Part shown: one piece after another, positions 1 to 13,325 of the stretch
How positions within the stretch are numbered: position 1 is the first letter of the stretch
Layout of the letters: the number at the start of each line of letters is the position of its first letter
Assembly: GCA_951406725.2 (NCBI GenBank)
Contig: OX597819.1
Coordinates: 47,926,001-47,990,000, forward strand
Origin: Octopus vulgaris
Taxonomy: Eukaryota
Direction of reading: 5' to 3'
Length of the DNA stretch: 64,000 bases
Translations under genes and position numbers: made by a program
Notes under the pieces: model-generated
Databases searched by the model: none
What the model was told of the DNA's origin: nothing
The model's input: the letters and a program-made list of their open reading frames with translations, nothing else

Positions 1-37
1 AGTAACTAAGAACACATGGAAAAACATTTATACAAAC

Positions 38-191
38 CTTATTAATAAAGCTTGATTTTCCAACATTAGGGAATCCACAGACAAGAAGAGTTCGGGTAGT
101 AGGATCAATGGATGGCAAACGAGATAAATGTTGTCTAACTTGTTCTAGATATTCCAAGCTCTGTTTCTGACGTTTCAAAATGGTCACCATT
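38..191 (-). CDS. GTPBP4: NOG1/GTPBP4 coding exon 5 ([52 protein letters not shown]); gene continues beyond window start
   Basis: tttctag acceptor and gtttgt donor; 154 nt. Includes the G1/P-loop GFPNVGKSS of OBG-family GTPases. Confidence 0.97.
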
Positions 192-315
192 CTAGAAATA
201 CATATAATATACACTTGTATAATATGTTCTTTAATTAAATTATATTACTACTGTTCAATGTTAATTCCAAACAGTAGATTTGTATTTAACCAAGTTAAAT
301 ATAGCAAAAGCTTAC

Positions 316-399
316 CTTCCTAGAGCTGCTTTTTTCAATTGTTTGCATCGATAAAGTGAATCAGCATATTTCAGAAGTCTAACATAATCCTTTGAAACA
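316..399 (-). CDS. GTPBP4: NOG1/GTPBP4 coding exon 4 ([29 protein letters not shown])
   Basis: ttgcag acceptor and gtaagc donor; 84 nt. Phase 2 at both ends agrees with exons 3 and 5. Confidence 0.97.
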
Positions 400-1025
400 C
401 TGCAATGGGAACATCTCAATTTTAGTCTTAAAATAAACTAAAGCTACACATACATACATAGAAATATTGCACAGATAAACTGTTGCTTCAGACAACAAAA
501 ATGTTAACATCCTAAATTATAACCGCATTATCTTAAGATTTTAGTTCATTTGATTTCTTACAATTTCCATTGATAGAACAAAATTTTTACCCTTTACTAC
601 AATGTAGTCATGGCATAAACAAATACACAGGTTACATGTTTTTCGCAATTTCAATGATGTCTTCTATAGTGAAAAATATATCTTTTATCTATTACTAGCT
701 TCAGTCATTGGAACACCACCTTGAAGGGTTTAGCTGAACAGATTGACTCCAGTACTTGTTCTGTCAGTTTCCTTTGTGAAACTTCAAAGTTGCAGGGAAG
801 TGAACAAACCAACACTAATAGTCAAGCAGTAGAACAAAGCACAACACAAAACACACACATATAAACACATACACAACAGACTTCCACACAGGGTTTCTGT
901 CTACCAAATTCGCTCATAGAGCATTGATTGGCCCAGGGTTCTAGTAGAAGATACTTGCCGAAGGTGCTGCACAGTGGGACTGAACCTAAGACTGTGATTG
1001 AAAAATGAACTTACCACACAGCTCG

Positions 1026-1360
1026 GAGATCCCCTTCGGTCACGAATGACCATGGGATTGTACCTAGAAAGTTACCCTCCTAGGCACAAGTCCAGGCAAG
1101 GTTGTTTATGGAAGACCAGCAGTTGCCCATGCATACCAGCCTCCCCTCTCCACACCACTGATGCTATCCAAGGGAAAGGCAAAAGCTGATATAGCTTGGC
1201 ATCAGTGATGTCGCAACTCATTTCTACAGCTGAGTAAAACTGGAGCAACGTGAAATAAAGTGTCTTGCTCAAGAACATAATACGCAGTCCGGTTTGGGAT
1301 TCAAACTCAACTTCACGGTCATAAGACCGACGCTCTAACCACTGAGCCATGCACCTTCAC
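1026..1360 (-). mobile_element. tRNA-derived SINE (family E) inserted in an older SINE
   Basis: Minus-strand head TGGCTCAGTGGTTAGAGC...GTTTGAATCCC (A/B boxes). cacacagct occurs on both flanks. Homologue at 33585-33919. Confidence 0.8.
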
Positions 1361-1368
1361 ACAGCTAA

Positions 1369-1412
<44 letters not shown>

Positions 1413-2854
1413 CACATAAACTAAAGTAAGTTAAATAAACAACTGCAACTTACATTCTAGAAAATAATATTGTGAGCAAATAAATTCAATGAAATCTGTT
1501 ATACAATGAGGCATCTTCATCATTATCATCATTTTTATGTATGCTGTCATGAGTTGGACAAGAGTTCATGAGGCAGAATTTTAAGGCTAGATGCTCCAAC
1601 TGACACCAATTATCCACTTGTATTCAAGTAAGATACTACAATCTACTGCTCTTTGCAAGTTAAAAGAGTGACATTTGTTTATGCAGGACATAAATGTCAC
1701 TGGGTCAATGCACAGACGAACAGAACACCTGCACAAACATACAAATTCATACATACATACATGTAAATATGTATGTAATGTATATACACACACATCCGCA
1801 ATAGGGTTCTGTACTGCTTCCATTTACTAAATTTCACAGACATGGCATTGGTCAAACTGAGGCCATAGTAGCAGATACTTGCCCAAAGTGTCACAGTGGG
1901 ATCGAATTTGAAAGCACATGCTTGCAAAGTGAATTTCTTAACCACAGTCAATATCATCCTCCTCCACTCCTCCTCATCATCATTGCTGGATGTCTGTTTT
2001 TCATGCTGGCATGGGTTAGATGGTCTGACAGGATCTAATGAACTGCAGGACTGTGTTGAGGTTTAATGTCTGCTCACAGTGAGTACTGCATACATTTTGA
2101 GTTGCACTAGCATAAAAAAAGCATTTTTTTTTTTTTGTGGCACCAGCATATGAACATGTTGGCGTCACCATATAGGTCACAAGACTAGAAAATCAGAGAT
2201 GAGGAGATTAAAGTACGAGGGGTGGGTAAAGTTTCCATCAACTAAATTCACTCACAAGGTTGGCAGTGTAATAGAGGACACTTGCCCAAGATGCCACTCA
2301 GTTTGGACTGAAAGACCACAGGGTTGTAAAACAAACTTATTAACTTCACTATCATATATTGTCTCTGTACGTATGTGTACCTGTTTGAACATTTGCATTC
2401 TACATCCTTGCACAAAAGCATTAAACAAAAATGTAAAAGTGTGACATTGTTGACATTCCCAGCTAACAAATCTTTGCATAGCTCTGTATTTTCAAAGAAC
2501 ACTGGGATAAAAAAAAAATCAATTACTTGAAAAATAGGTAAAAATTAGCAGTAGGAAGATTGTAAAATAGTCTGAAGTCCTTCCTTTTATGTAACAGGAA
2601 GGACATCACACACACAAGACAGGTTTCCATATGGTTTCTGTCTACCAATTCCACCCACAAGGCATTGTTTTAAGGCTACAGTAGACATTTGCCCAAAGTA
2701 TCACATAGTGGCATTCAAGATCATATCTGCACAGCCATACCTGCAAAACTGGTAATGGAGTAATTTGATGAATGACACAAGGTGAAATGGTATCTATTAC
2801 ATAACAAAAATATAAAGAAAATGCTTAAAAAAAACACACACACAAAGTACTTAC

Positions 2855-2958
2855 TTGTCAACTAGATGTCGAGCTGTGTTTATTTGTCCCAGAGCAAGTT
2901 TGTAATGGTCCCGGTCATAGAGAACGTTCATCAGATCAGCATAAAATGGGTGAACATC
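2855..2958 (-). CDS. GTPBP4: NOG1/GTPBP4 coding exon 3 ([35 protein letters not shown])
   Basis: ttatag acceptor and gtaagt donor; 104 nt. Contains the conserved [18 protein letters not shown] motif. Confidence 0.97.
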
Positions 2959-3399
2959 CTATAAGTTACATAAAGGAATTTTAATCTGAGAGCATATATT
3001 TAATAACACAGAATAATATAAAGTGTGTGTAGAAAGAAAAAATCCTTATATAATTTTTTATTTCATGAAATAATACAAGCTGTCACTGTGTGCAAGCCCC
3101 TTTTTTCACTGTTTGAAAATCCAAAATATAAAACTTTGTGTCTAAACCTAACTTGATACACCAAATATTAAAATTTATATCCATGTATTTATTTTAACTT
3201 TAAAGGAAGCCTATACAATGGTAATTGTGGTTATGTGTGTGTTACACACAACTGAAGCCACATGACAAAACTATGCAAAGTATCATATATGAGAATTACA
3301 TGGTAAAACTAGTAATTATAAATATTGTTACAGTTCTTTGTGTTTTAACATCAGACAATTTTCTTTTTCACATGTAGAGTATAATAAGCTGTTTTGACT

Positions 3400-4860
3400 A
3401 CAGTTATTATGAACAGCAACGTTATGAAAAGTAAATTAGGAGAGACTGTAAAGATTCTGAAGCTGAGACAAGTTGATGTGTGCTTTGTTCAAGAATCAAG
3501 TTAGAAGTAACTTCCTTTGTTCAAGAATCTAGAAGGAACATTCACAGACAAGGAACAAAGGTACAAATGCTCCTGAGTGGGAATAGTGATGGAGTACATA
3601 TACTGTTGGCTGAGAAATGGATAAAGGAACTGAAGTAAATAAACTACATGACAGAATAATTTATAATTTATCTTAGGTGGTGATTCATGGACAACACAAC
3701 AGTAACATTATCTCAACATATACACCACATTCAGTACTGGCAGATGAAGAGAAGGATCACTTTTATGAGACACTCCTCAATAATGAATAACAGTAACATC
3801 AGGGCTAGTTTCACAGAAGCCTACAATATTTAGTCACACACTAATCACCTGCATAGTCAATCAGGGAGGAGGGAAAGGTGTCATACTAAATGAACTGGTA
3901 CATCAATATCTGTTTCTTTATTACCCACATGGGGCTAAACATAGAGGGGACAAACAAGGACAGACAAACGGATCAAGTCGATTACATCGACCCCAGTGCA
4001 TAACTGGTACTTTATTTATCGACCCCCCAAAGGATGAAAGGGGGGAGTACATCAATATCATCAACTGTTACAAGAGCAAAGCTCTAGAGAGAAGCAGCTG
4101 GAGGCATCAAATTGATGGACCAGCTTATGAAAGTTACTGAAAAGAATCATATTACAAGGTAATGAGGAAGAAAATTGGGACAGAGCAGCACAGATACCCA
4201 TTTCCTAATCAGCCAATTACTGGAGAAGTATTCAGCAAGGACTAAACTATTTTAGCAGCTATGTATTGTTGACTTGGAGAAGACCTTTGACAGGGAAACA
4301 CATTTAGTAGCCTTGTGGTCACTAAGAAAACTAAGGACAGAATGGTTAATGAGAGTCATGTAAGTCATATACAGTTCTCAGTTTATTATAGTCCTCCAGA
4401 ATACAACCAAAACTATTAAAACTGGTTATCCATAGATAACCAGAACTTCTCCATGACCTAGTTCTACCAGTTAAATGGTCAAAGATTTAAAGAGGAAATT
4501 CCAAACTTAGAATTAAGAGACTGCAAATAAACCCAGTAAAAGGCTGAAGTTCTAACAGGAAAGACTACAACTACAATCAGGAAAGTGACTATGCTTGATA
4601 AGCAAAAAAGGAGTAAGTAGATATTCCATAAAGTGTGCCCATTGTCAAATATGGATGCTCAAGAGGCACAGAGGAAATACAAGCAAACTTCATATGTGAC
4701 AGATGCAGAAGAGTAGTAAATAGACACAGTATGAGACAAGTTCCCTCAAATGCTTGTAAGGCTTCTTAGAAGTAGTTGATGACATTTGTTACAGGAAATG
4801 GAAGTGGGTGTTCCAAAAGCATCATTGCCAAAATAAAAAAATGGGGTGGAAACATATGCA
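3400..4860 (+). mobile_element. Highly decayed RTE-type LINE fragment in NOG1 intron 2 (interrupted by a SINE piece)
   Basis: Residual peptides VDVCFVQE (APE endonuclease-like), LLAEKW and VDLEKTFDR (RT-like), with many stops and frameshifts. Confidence 0.6.
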
Positions 4861-5321
4861 CTTGTCCTATTTTTTTATCATTAATCAACTAATAAACCAT
4901 TTAACCAATTAATTGTATGTTTGAATGTTTGGTCAATAGACCAATGAATTAGTTAACTCTTTATACTATAGGTACAAGGCCTGAAATTTGGTGGTGGTGG
5001 TGGTGGGGGTCATTGACCCCAGTGCTCAATTAGTATTTATTTTATCAATCTCAAAAGGATGAAAGGCAAATTCAGCTTCAGCAGTATTTGAACTCGTAAC
5101 ATAAAACTAGAAGAAATGCAGCTAAGCATTGTGTGTAGCATGCTAACAATTCTGCCAGCTTACTGCCTTAACTAGTTCACTAATAATAATAATAAAAGAA
5201 GTTAAACAGAACCATTGGCATAATGACCTTCTCAAAATACAACTATATAGTTGATTAGTTCAGCAGAAAAAAAAAAATCTATTCATCAGTGTATTGTAAA
5301 AATGAAAAAAGAAGTACTTAC

Positions 5322-5492
5322 AACTAACTTCGGAAAGTCATTTATTATGTGCGTTAACTTATCATGAATGTTCTGTTGTGTGAATTTCACCTTGCGCATA
5401 TAAAACTGCCGGATCCTTGAAATCTTATAATGTTTGTGGACAACTGTCGGGGTCTTACGTTGTGTCTTTGACAAAATAATGTCAATAAAATC
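5322..5492 (-). CDS. GTPBP4: NOG1/GTPBP4 coding exon 2 ([57 protein letters not shown])
   Basis: tttctag acceptor and gtaagt donor; 171 nt. Contains the NOG1 motifs [11 protein letters not shown] and FYMRKVKF. Confidence 0.97.
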
Positions 5493-7737
5493 CTAGAAAC
5501 AAAAAAAAACAAAAGGCATTTGTGAAATATAAAAACTATGAATAAATACATATGTAGAACATCAGAAAATCCGTAAAGCTGTAGTGTCTTCAATACACTG
5601 TACATATATCTGTTTCTAACAAACTATGCACACATTTTAAAACCATTCTAATACTAGTTTCATTGTCATCATCATCATTTAACGTCTGTTTTCCATGCTG
5701 GCATTGGTTGGACAGTTTGACAGGAGCTAAGCAGCTGAAGGGCTGCTCAGGCTCCATGTCTGGATGTCCTTCCTTACACCAACCACTTTACAGAGTGTAC
5801 TAGGTGCTTTTACACAGTACTGGCACAGGTGCTATTTATGCGGCACAAGCACTTATGAGCCTGCAAAATTAGGGATACTCAGCAGGAGAAGATTGCAAGG
5901 GATGTGCCTGTATGCAAGAGCAACCACACTTTTACTTAGCTTGATATATTTTTTCAAACCACCAAGAGTCTTAGTCCCCTGTCATTCCCTCTGTGAGTCC
6001 CAACATTTGTAGATCCTTTCTCATCACTTTGTCCGTTTTCTTGGGCCTACCCCTTAAAATTTTTTGATCACTGTTTGGCACTACAAACCAAACCTGAAGT
6101 AGACCTATGGCACAGGAGTAGATTAGTAGAACACCTGAGATCAACTCACTTATCTTTAGACCAATGAAGGATCCTCTACATTGTCACAAATAAGGAAGAC
6201 TTACATATTTATGAAAATATATGATGGTGGTCATGACTGAAATGCCTACGATCATGTACTTTGATTCAGTTGGACTGACAATATTTAGCAAGGCAGATTA
6301 TAGGGTTTCATCATCTTTTTAATGTCCACTTTTCCATACTTGCATGCGTTGGATGAAGTTCATTGAGGCAGATTTTCTGTGGCTGGATGATCTTCCTGTG
6401 ACCAGGGTCTCATCATCTTAACATCCACTTTTCCATGCTTGCATGGGTTGAGGCAGATTCTCTAAGGATGGATGCCCTTCTTGTGACCAACATGCACTTG
6501 TCTTCAAGCACAATATTTCCATATTTCCAGACGTTTGTATTCAATACTGGAAATGAATGACACTGCTTTTATGACAGTGACACTCATTTACAACTATCAT
6601 ACAATGTCAAGTCAAAGAGACACACACATACAATAGATTTCTTTCAGTTTCCATCAACCAAATTAACTTACATGGCCTCCCACTTAACTTTCCATAACTT
6701 TTGACTAGGTACTTAATTCTCAATTGTTAAATTTTTCCAATTCATCCCAACTTCATTGTTGTGTAAATAAATAAAAGTGTGTTGACCAGAAGCAAAAACA
6801 ATGGGTGCTTCTTCACCTCCAGGGCTGCAAGAATGTATTCATGTTGTCAGCAAGTCATGTGAGCATCTCCATGAGAGGAAAGTGCAAGTTTTATACTGTT
6901 TTAAAAATACAAATGATGAACATATACCTTTAATCATTCAAATCCATCATTAGGAAAGGCATATGCCACATAATCTTGATTAAATAAAAAGGTAATTATG
7001 TGCCATGAGTACCAATGTCTTATTTTTTTCTTGTACAATTGCATTGCAATTTACCATGGTTTGTAGCTGCATGAACATGTGGATCAAGAAAATGCAGGGA
7101 ACGATTGAAAGGTGGAAAACCAATTTGATTGATGGTATTGTATGATGCCTAGGGATCATTTACAACTAATGTTTCCATTAAAACAATGTTATATTGTACC
7201 TGATAGTGTTGCACTTTTTCTATCATCTACAGCAAGCAAAATACCTAGACTTAATATCAACACCTACAGGCCTGGTCGGCGTTTGTGAGAGATGCAGCAT
7301 TGAGGATGAATGAAGCCAGCTCAACCCACCCCGGGTGAATGCTGTCAAGTCAAGTCAAGACCTCCAAAAGTCATTCATTGTAACCTCTATTATCATTCCA
7401 CACATTTGGCTTGTTAATAGCCACACTTTGTTCATGTAAATTAGCAATGTTATTAAAATATTTGGTGGATCCACTTCAGTAGCGATGACACACAGGATCA
7501 TCATCATCATCACTGTTTTAACATTGACTTTTCCATGCTTACTTGGGTTGGGTGGAGTTTATTGAGGTATATGTTTTATGGCTGGATCCTCTTCTAGTCA
7601 CTAACCCTCACCTGTTTGCGGATCATTGGTCAAACACGTTTTCACAGAATACTGGAAATGAATGACACTACTTGCATGACAATGACATTCATTTATAACT
7701 ATTATGCGATGTCAAGACAAGGAAACAGCTTCACACA

Positions 7738-8590
7738 TAAGTGGTATCAAAAAGTTCCCAGACTAATTCTACAGTGTGCCAACAGATGGCAGCATACAGT
7801 TGCATGCACAGTGACCTTTATGCAGCAGTGTACCAAGTGACATCACTGTGTTTACTTTGCAAGTTGTGAAATTTGTGTTTTTGTGATCACGTGTATGCCG
7901 TAGTCTGTGATTTTGTCATGGACAGGAACAAAGAGCCAATGTGAAAGTTTGCATTAAACTAGGGAAGTCTGTTACAGAGACATTGAACATGCTTCAGCAA
8001 GCTTATGGTGACAAGGCAATAGGTCATACGCACTTCAAAAGAAGAATGTCCCTGGAAGACAATGAGTAATGTGGAAGATCTGCCACGTGATTCACCCCTG
8101 GAAATGTGGTATTTTGCATTGAGAGTTCTTAACCCAGGACCAGACAATTGGTTGAGAGTTCTACTGCAATGTTTTGAAGCATTTGGGGGAGGACATTCGG
8201 CGAAAGCGACTGGATCTGTGGAGCAGGAAGAACTGGATTCTTCATGATGACAATGCACACCGCCACTGAGCTCTCCTTACCCGTGAGTTTCTCACCAAAA
8301 ACAACATGATATCGCTTCCACATTTGCCAGGTTTAGCACTTGCAGGCTGCCATCTCTTGCCCCAAGATGAAGATGCAGCTCAAAGGTCGCCATTTTAACA
8401 CCATTGTTAAGATCCAGAGTGAATTGCAGAAGGTCTTCAACTCACTTTTGGAAAACGACTTCCAGGCTGGATTCCAAAAGTGGCAGGAACGTTGAGACCT
8501 ATATATTGCTGTACAATGTGACTATTTCAAAGGAGATGATGTTAAAACTTAGGTAAATAAGTTATTTTTAATTAAACATAACTAGTTTGG
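7738..8590 (+). mobile_element. Decayed, internally deleted mariner transposon in NOG1 intron 1
   Basis: Cross-frame peptides KLGKSVTETLNMLQQAYGD, RRKRLDLWSRKNWILHDDNA and KMKMQLKGRHF...FQKWQER match mariner transposase HTH and catalytic regions. Confidence 0.85.
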
Positions 8591-10185
8591 AAGCTAACTT
8601 AACTTTTTAACTACACGGCCATACTTGTGCCTACAGCATCTAGCCAATACTTTACTGGCCAATATTTTATTTTCATTCCTGAAATTTCATTTTGGCCAGA
8701 ACAGCACCTACCTTTGACAAGGTAATACTTTCACTTTCATGAGCCACTGGAAAAGAAGCACAGAACAATACTGGTCATATAATCCACGAGACATCAGTAT
8801 TTTGGTGGAATTAATCCAGCAACCAAGATTGAATTCCTTGTAGTTGTTCCTATTTGAGCAGCAGTAACAATTTTAGGAATTATTCAATATATTATTCTGG
8901 GCCTAATGTCTGGTCCAAGTAATTGCTCCAAATTATCGCCAGACAGTCATGCATGACTATAACTTAGCTGATCCTATCATATGAGAACATACAAGGCATG
9001 CTGAATGTTTTGTGGAAGGATTGCAAAAATATTGGCACTACTTAAATACAGGTATGTGGTGTAGCGTTCACTCTACGATAGCCACCTCCTCCGCTTTCCA
9101 TTTAGGACACGTTCACGTGGTGGGAAAATATTGGATGGAACTGCTGGTGACACATCTGACAATATTTTAATATATATTTCCGAGTGGTGTCCAATTCTAT
9201 GAGATATCATTTGGGCGATCCTTGAGATTAGGACATCACTGTCGCGAGAGGGAATGTCCTAAACACAAAATGCAAAGATCGTTATCATTTTGTACTATTC
9301 GAATTCTTTGTTAATTTAATTTTTAGCCTTAGCTTTATTCTTAGTTTTATTTTTTTGGTCTAATCTCAAACATATTCACTGACACATCAGTATACACGCA
9401 GACATACATACGGGTATGTATGTGTTTATATTAAAGAACGACATAAAGATATCCAAATATTTAAAGAACGAAAATATTCGACAATGGAAGTAAATCGATT
9501 GTCTTGTAATGCCCTGTTTTTTTTTACTTTATTGTCAAACTGGAGTTAGGAGGTCTTTCCCTGCAGTTAAAAGTAAGACCTGAGAATTACCTAATAATTT
9601 TGCCGACGTCGTCTAGTGATGCGATAATGATAATATATTAAAAACCTAGGGGTCTCGGACCTTGAGGCATTTTCACGCAAAAATGTTGCATCTATCTGGA
9701 TCTGATGAGAGGATTGTACTTCGGGGTAATACTAAAGACGTTCTCGTGACCATCTGTGTTTTATCTAGACAATATATATCAAGGACTACGTTATCCCATG
9801 CATCCAATTTCTAGTAGACTGATAACCACGTAGTAACAAAACAGTTGGCTCGTTTAGAATAACACGGTTCAGTAACATTTTCCTTCATGAAATGGCTTAA
9901 TAAAGTTATCTTTCGTAAGAAAGATTGATGATGCTAACTTAGAGAAATACAGAAATATCTGATAAATTAGTAAAATATTTGAAATGTTTGACAAAATTAA
10001 TCACATGTCTGTATGTATTTACTGACTTCTGCGTGTTAGACTCCCATTGAAAGATTAACGTGTAAACTTGAAGTCTGAACATAGTGTAAGCTTTCCAAAG
10101 TAATTAAAACAAACTCCAAAAACAAAGCAGTCAACATATAAGCAACGAATATAAGTTCATTAAAATAACTTTTGAAATATTTTAC

Positions 10186-10233
10186 CTGTGAAGGCGGCAC
10201 AACAGTGATCTTTTTAAAGTTATAATGCGACAT
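10186..10233 (-). CDS. GTPBP4: NOG1/GTPBP4 coding exon 1 (MSHYNFKKITVVPPSQ)
   Basis: ATG at 10233. The peptide matches the conserved NOG1 N-terminus (M.HYNFKKITVVP). GT donor (gtaaaa) follows 10186; 48 nt, phase 0. Confidence 0.95.
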
Positions 10234-10520
10234 GGTCTTACAGTAAATTGAACTTTCCGGACCACATGGACTAAAAGGAGGTTCGCAGTAAATTTCGCAG
10301 TTATATTTTTAATATCATATTTATCTATTTATTTTTGAATCTTTTCCAAATTTCAAAAATAATTTTTTAAAACACAAATAATGGATCTTACACGTAAAAT
10401 AAGTAATTTTAATAGTATATTTTTTAAGGCAAATATTAAACTATGTGCCCGATGCTCTCTTTCAGATCACGGTATAATTTCACCATGAATGCAATATTGT
10501 GAAATCGCACTCGAAAGTAT
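10234..10520 (-). promoter_or_regulatory. Probable NOG1 5'UTR/promoter region
   Basis: Lies directly upstream of the ATG and is visibly CpG-richer than the flanks. On the minus strand it has an ETS-like CCGGAAAG, a CATGTG E-box-like word and a doubled CTGCGAA. The TSS cannot be determined. Confidence 0.5.
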
Positions 10521-11560
10521 CAAATAAAATAAATTTCTAAAAGGCTTTTTAAAATTTACTTATGATTTTAATAACTTTACATGGGAAAACAAGAAATCAA
10601 AGCCGTTTTTCTTTTCTGCTGTTTGAATCGTCATTTTATTTTATTCCTCGTAGAAATAGAATACCAAATTTATTTTACATTCGCTATGTTTATACTATAT
10701 CATAGTCAATCTCCAGCATATGTATGTACGTATGAAACTCTGAAAGTAAAAAAAATAAACTTCTGGTAGGATATGACGGGGAACAAATGAGCAAACACAC
10801 GTCAGCGCGCGCACACACGCACACGCACGCACACACACAAACACACCACACACACACACACACACACACACAGATATCGAATGTGGGAGAGATGAGTTAT
10901 CTAAAATATAAGAACTTAAAGGAACGCCTTGAAAAAGTTCAACAGTATTTGTTTCTTAATCTGGTTGGCAAACTATCCGAATATCATAGGAAATAATGTA
11001 TAAACTGGTTTTTAAAGCCTGCTGGTAAAAAGCAACTGACATGTTTAAGTCTTAGAACATTCTCTGTAGAGCATATTCAATTTAGTCGGTGATCAATATA
11101 TACAAAAATAGAGGGAATGCAATGATGCTGATTAAGAATATCCATTGGGGCCGAGAGAAAAATATCTCGGGGAAGTATTCTGCAACTAAAAAAAAAAAAA
11201 AACAGGTCTCAAAAAATAATATCTTAGTGTCTGAGGCTTGTTGCCTTATGCCAGAGCTCATCCCAGTTTCCATAACATAAAAGCAATTGAAAATAAAATA
11301 TTCCACACTGAACAGGATGCCAGTCTCTCACAGGATTAACCCCAGCTGTTGTTGGTTCTTTCAGGAGAGTAAACTGGAGAAATGTCAAATGAAGTGCTTC
11401 ACTCAAAAACAGAGCAAATTGCCCAGTCTGGGGAATCAAAACTATGATCTTATTATCATGAGTCTAACTCCAAAACTACTAGGCTATATGATTTCACTCA
11501 TAAAATAATTTTTCCCCCCATCTCTCTACATCAAACTGTAATAAATAAAATGATATATAT

Positions 11561-11820
11561 CATCATCATCATCGTTTAATGTCCGCTTTCCATGATAGCA
11601 TGGGTTGGACGATTTTGACTGAGGGCTAGCGAACCAGATGGCTGCACCAGGCTCCAGTCTTGATTTGGCAGAGTTTCTACAGCTGGATGCCCTTCCTAAT
11701 GCCAACCACTCCGAGAGTGTAGTGGGTGCTTTTTACGTGCCACTGGCATGGGGGCCAGTCAGGCGGTACAGGCAACGCCCTCACTCTCGCTTGAATCCTT
11801 TTATACATGCCACCAGCACA
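11561..11820 (-). mobile_element. SINE family A with (GAT)n tail
   Basis: Recurrent motif catcatcat-ttaatgtccgctttccatg...ggatgcccttcctaatgccaaccact. Similar copies near 5665, 11940, 15915, 23540, 29395, 43140, 50722 and, inverted, 59300-59548. Confidence 0.8.
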
Positions 11821-11825
11821 CACAT

Positions 11826-11928
<103 letters not shown>

Positions 11929-12726
11929 TAGATAGATATCATCATCATCATCACTTAATGTCCATTGTTCATGCTGGCATGGGCTGGATGTTTTGACCAG
12001 AGCCTGCAAGCTGGAGAGATGCACCAGGATCCTGTCTGATTTGGCATGGTTTCTATGGTTGGATGCCAACCACTTTACAGAATGTACTTTTACATGGCAC
12101 CAGCACAGAACTCTTGCATGCCAATCCTCTTTGCCTGGCAGAGTGGCCTTAATATTACTGCTGTGAAGTATAGGTCTTCTTGAGTACAGCAAGGCACCAG
12201 GTATCTTGGTCCTTTGTCATCTCATCTGAAAGGTTTAGCGTCCTGAAGTCATCCTTCAGTATTTTGTCTCGTCTTCCTGGGTCTCCTTCTTTCATGTGTT
12301 CCATCTACTTTGAGAGATTGGCACTTCTTCATGGAGTAGTTGGGATCCATTGTTACTACATAATCAAACCAGTGCAATCTTCTCTCTTGCACACTGCATC
12401 TTAATTCCTCTTATGCTTAAATTCTATCTCAATACACACACACACGTACATATATATGTATACACACACATATACATATTTATATTTGTGTGTGTGTCTG
12501 TGTTTGTTCCCATCATCACTTGACAAAAGGTGTTGGTGTGCTGACATCCCTATACTATAGTGGTTCAACAAAAGAGACTGATAGAATAAGTACCAGACTT
12601 CAAAAATAAGTAATGGGGTTGATTCATTCAGCTAACATTTGTCAAACTGTTGCCCAAGCATGGCCACAGCCTAATGACTGGAACTATTAAAATATTTATG
12701 TGTGTGTGTTTGCATGTGTGTGTATG

Positions 12727-12758
<32 letters not shown>

Positions 12759-12761
<3 letters not shown>

Positions 12762-12943
12762 AGAGTTTACGAAAAAAAAAAACAAAAGACCAAGACAGGT
12801 GGTGTACAAAACAAACAGATGTATTAGTATAACACTCAGGAATAAAAAAAAGTCTTTTACGTTTCGAGCCTATGCTCTTCTACGGAAAGGGAAACAGAAA
12901 AAACAAGGAGAGAAAAAATGTGTGTAGTGGCTAACGATCTATC
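12759..12943 (-). mobile_element. Short non-autonomous Penelope-like element fragment with hammerhead-like motif, inside (TA)n
   Basis: Homologous in reverse orientation to 19011-19177. Flanked by (TA)n on both sides. Carries the motif at 12854-12889. Confidence 0.6.
12854..12889 (-). ncRNA. Minimal type-I hammerhead ribozyme-like motif (variant core)
   Basis: CTTT-CCGTAGA-A-GAGC(ATAG)GCTC-GAAA-CG-TA-AAAG: stem I, variant CUGANGA core, stem II, GAAA, palindromic ACGT, UH site. Confidence 0.5.
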
Positions 12944-12990
<47 letters not shown>

Positions 12991-13027
12991 TGTATGTATG
13001 TATGTATGTATGTATGTATGTATGTAT

Positions 13028-13273
13028 AGTGGTTGTCTACTCTTTATGCAGTTGACCCCCTCCTGTACCTACACCTTAGAATCATCATGGCATCTGATGT
13101 GGCTTTTTAAACCAGACAATGTTTTGTAAAGATATGTACATTGATTGCATATCTGATTTGGACCATCAAGAGTTGCAGGTAAGTTCTGATCTTTGTGGAT
13201 TTTAAAATGTTTTCTGTGGCCTCTGTTAGATTTGCAAACCTTCTGGCATACATTGCACTGAAAGGTGTGCACA

Positions 13274-13275
<2 letters not shown>
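13028..13275 (-). mobile_element. Probable 3' end of a LINE (RTE-like) with two C2H2 zinc fingers
   Basis: CNVCQKVCKSNRGHRKHFKIH and CNQCTYLYKTLSGLKSHIRCH, then a stop, a short UTR and a microsatellite tail. No TGEKP linker; bounded by microsatellites. Confidence 0.5.

Positions 13276-13325
<50 letters not shown>

Noticed and set aside
5322-5324. Val in NOG1 FPKLV where an acidic residue is common
   Set aside because: A single substitution at a position I recall as variable. A-to-I editing cannot explain it and nothing else suggests loss of function.
9702-9735. CTGATGA followed by a GAGG/CTTC hairpin (possible hammerhead or C-box)
   Set aside because: Followed by GGGG instead of GAAA, with no stem I partner and no convincing D-box or terminal stem.
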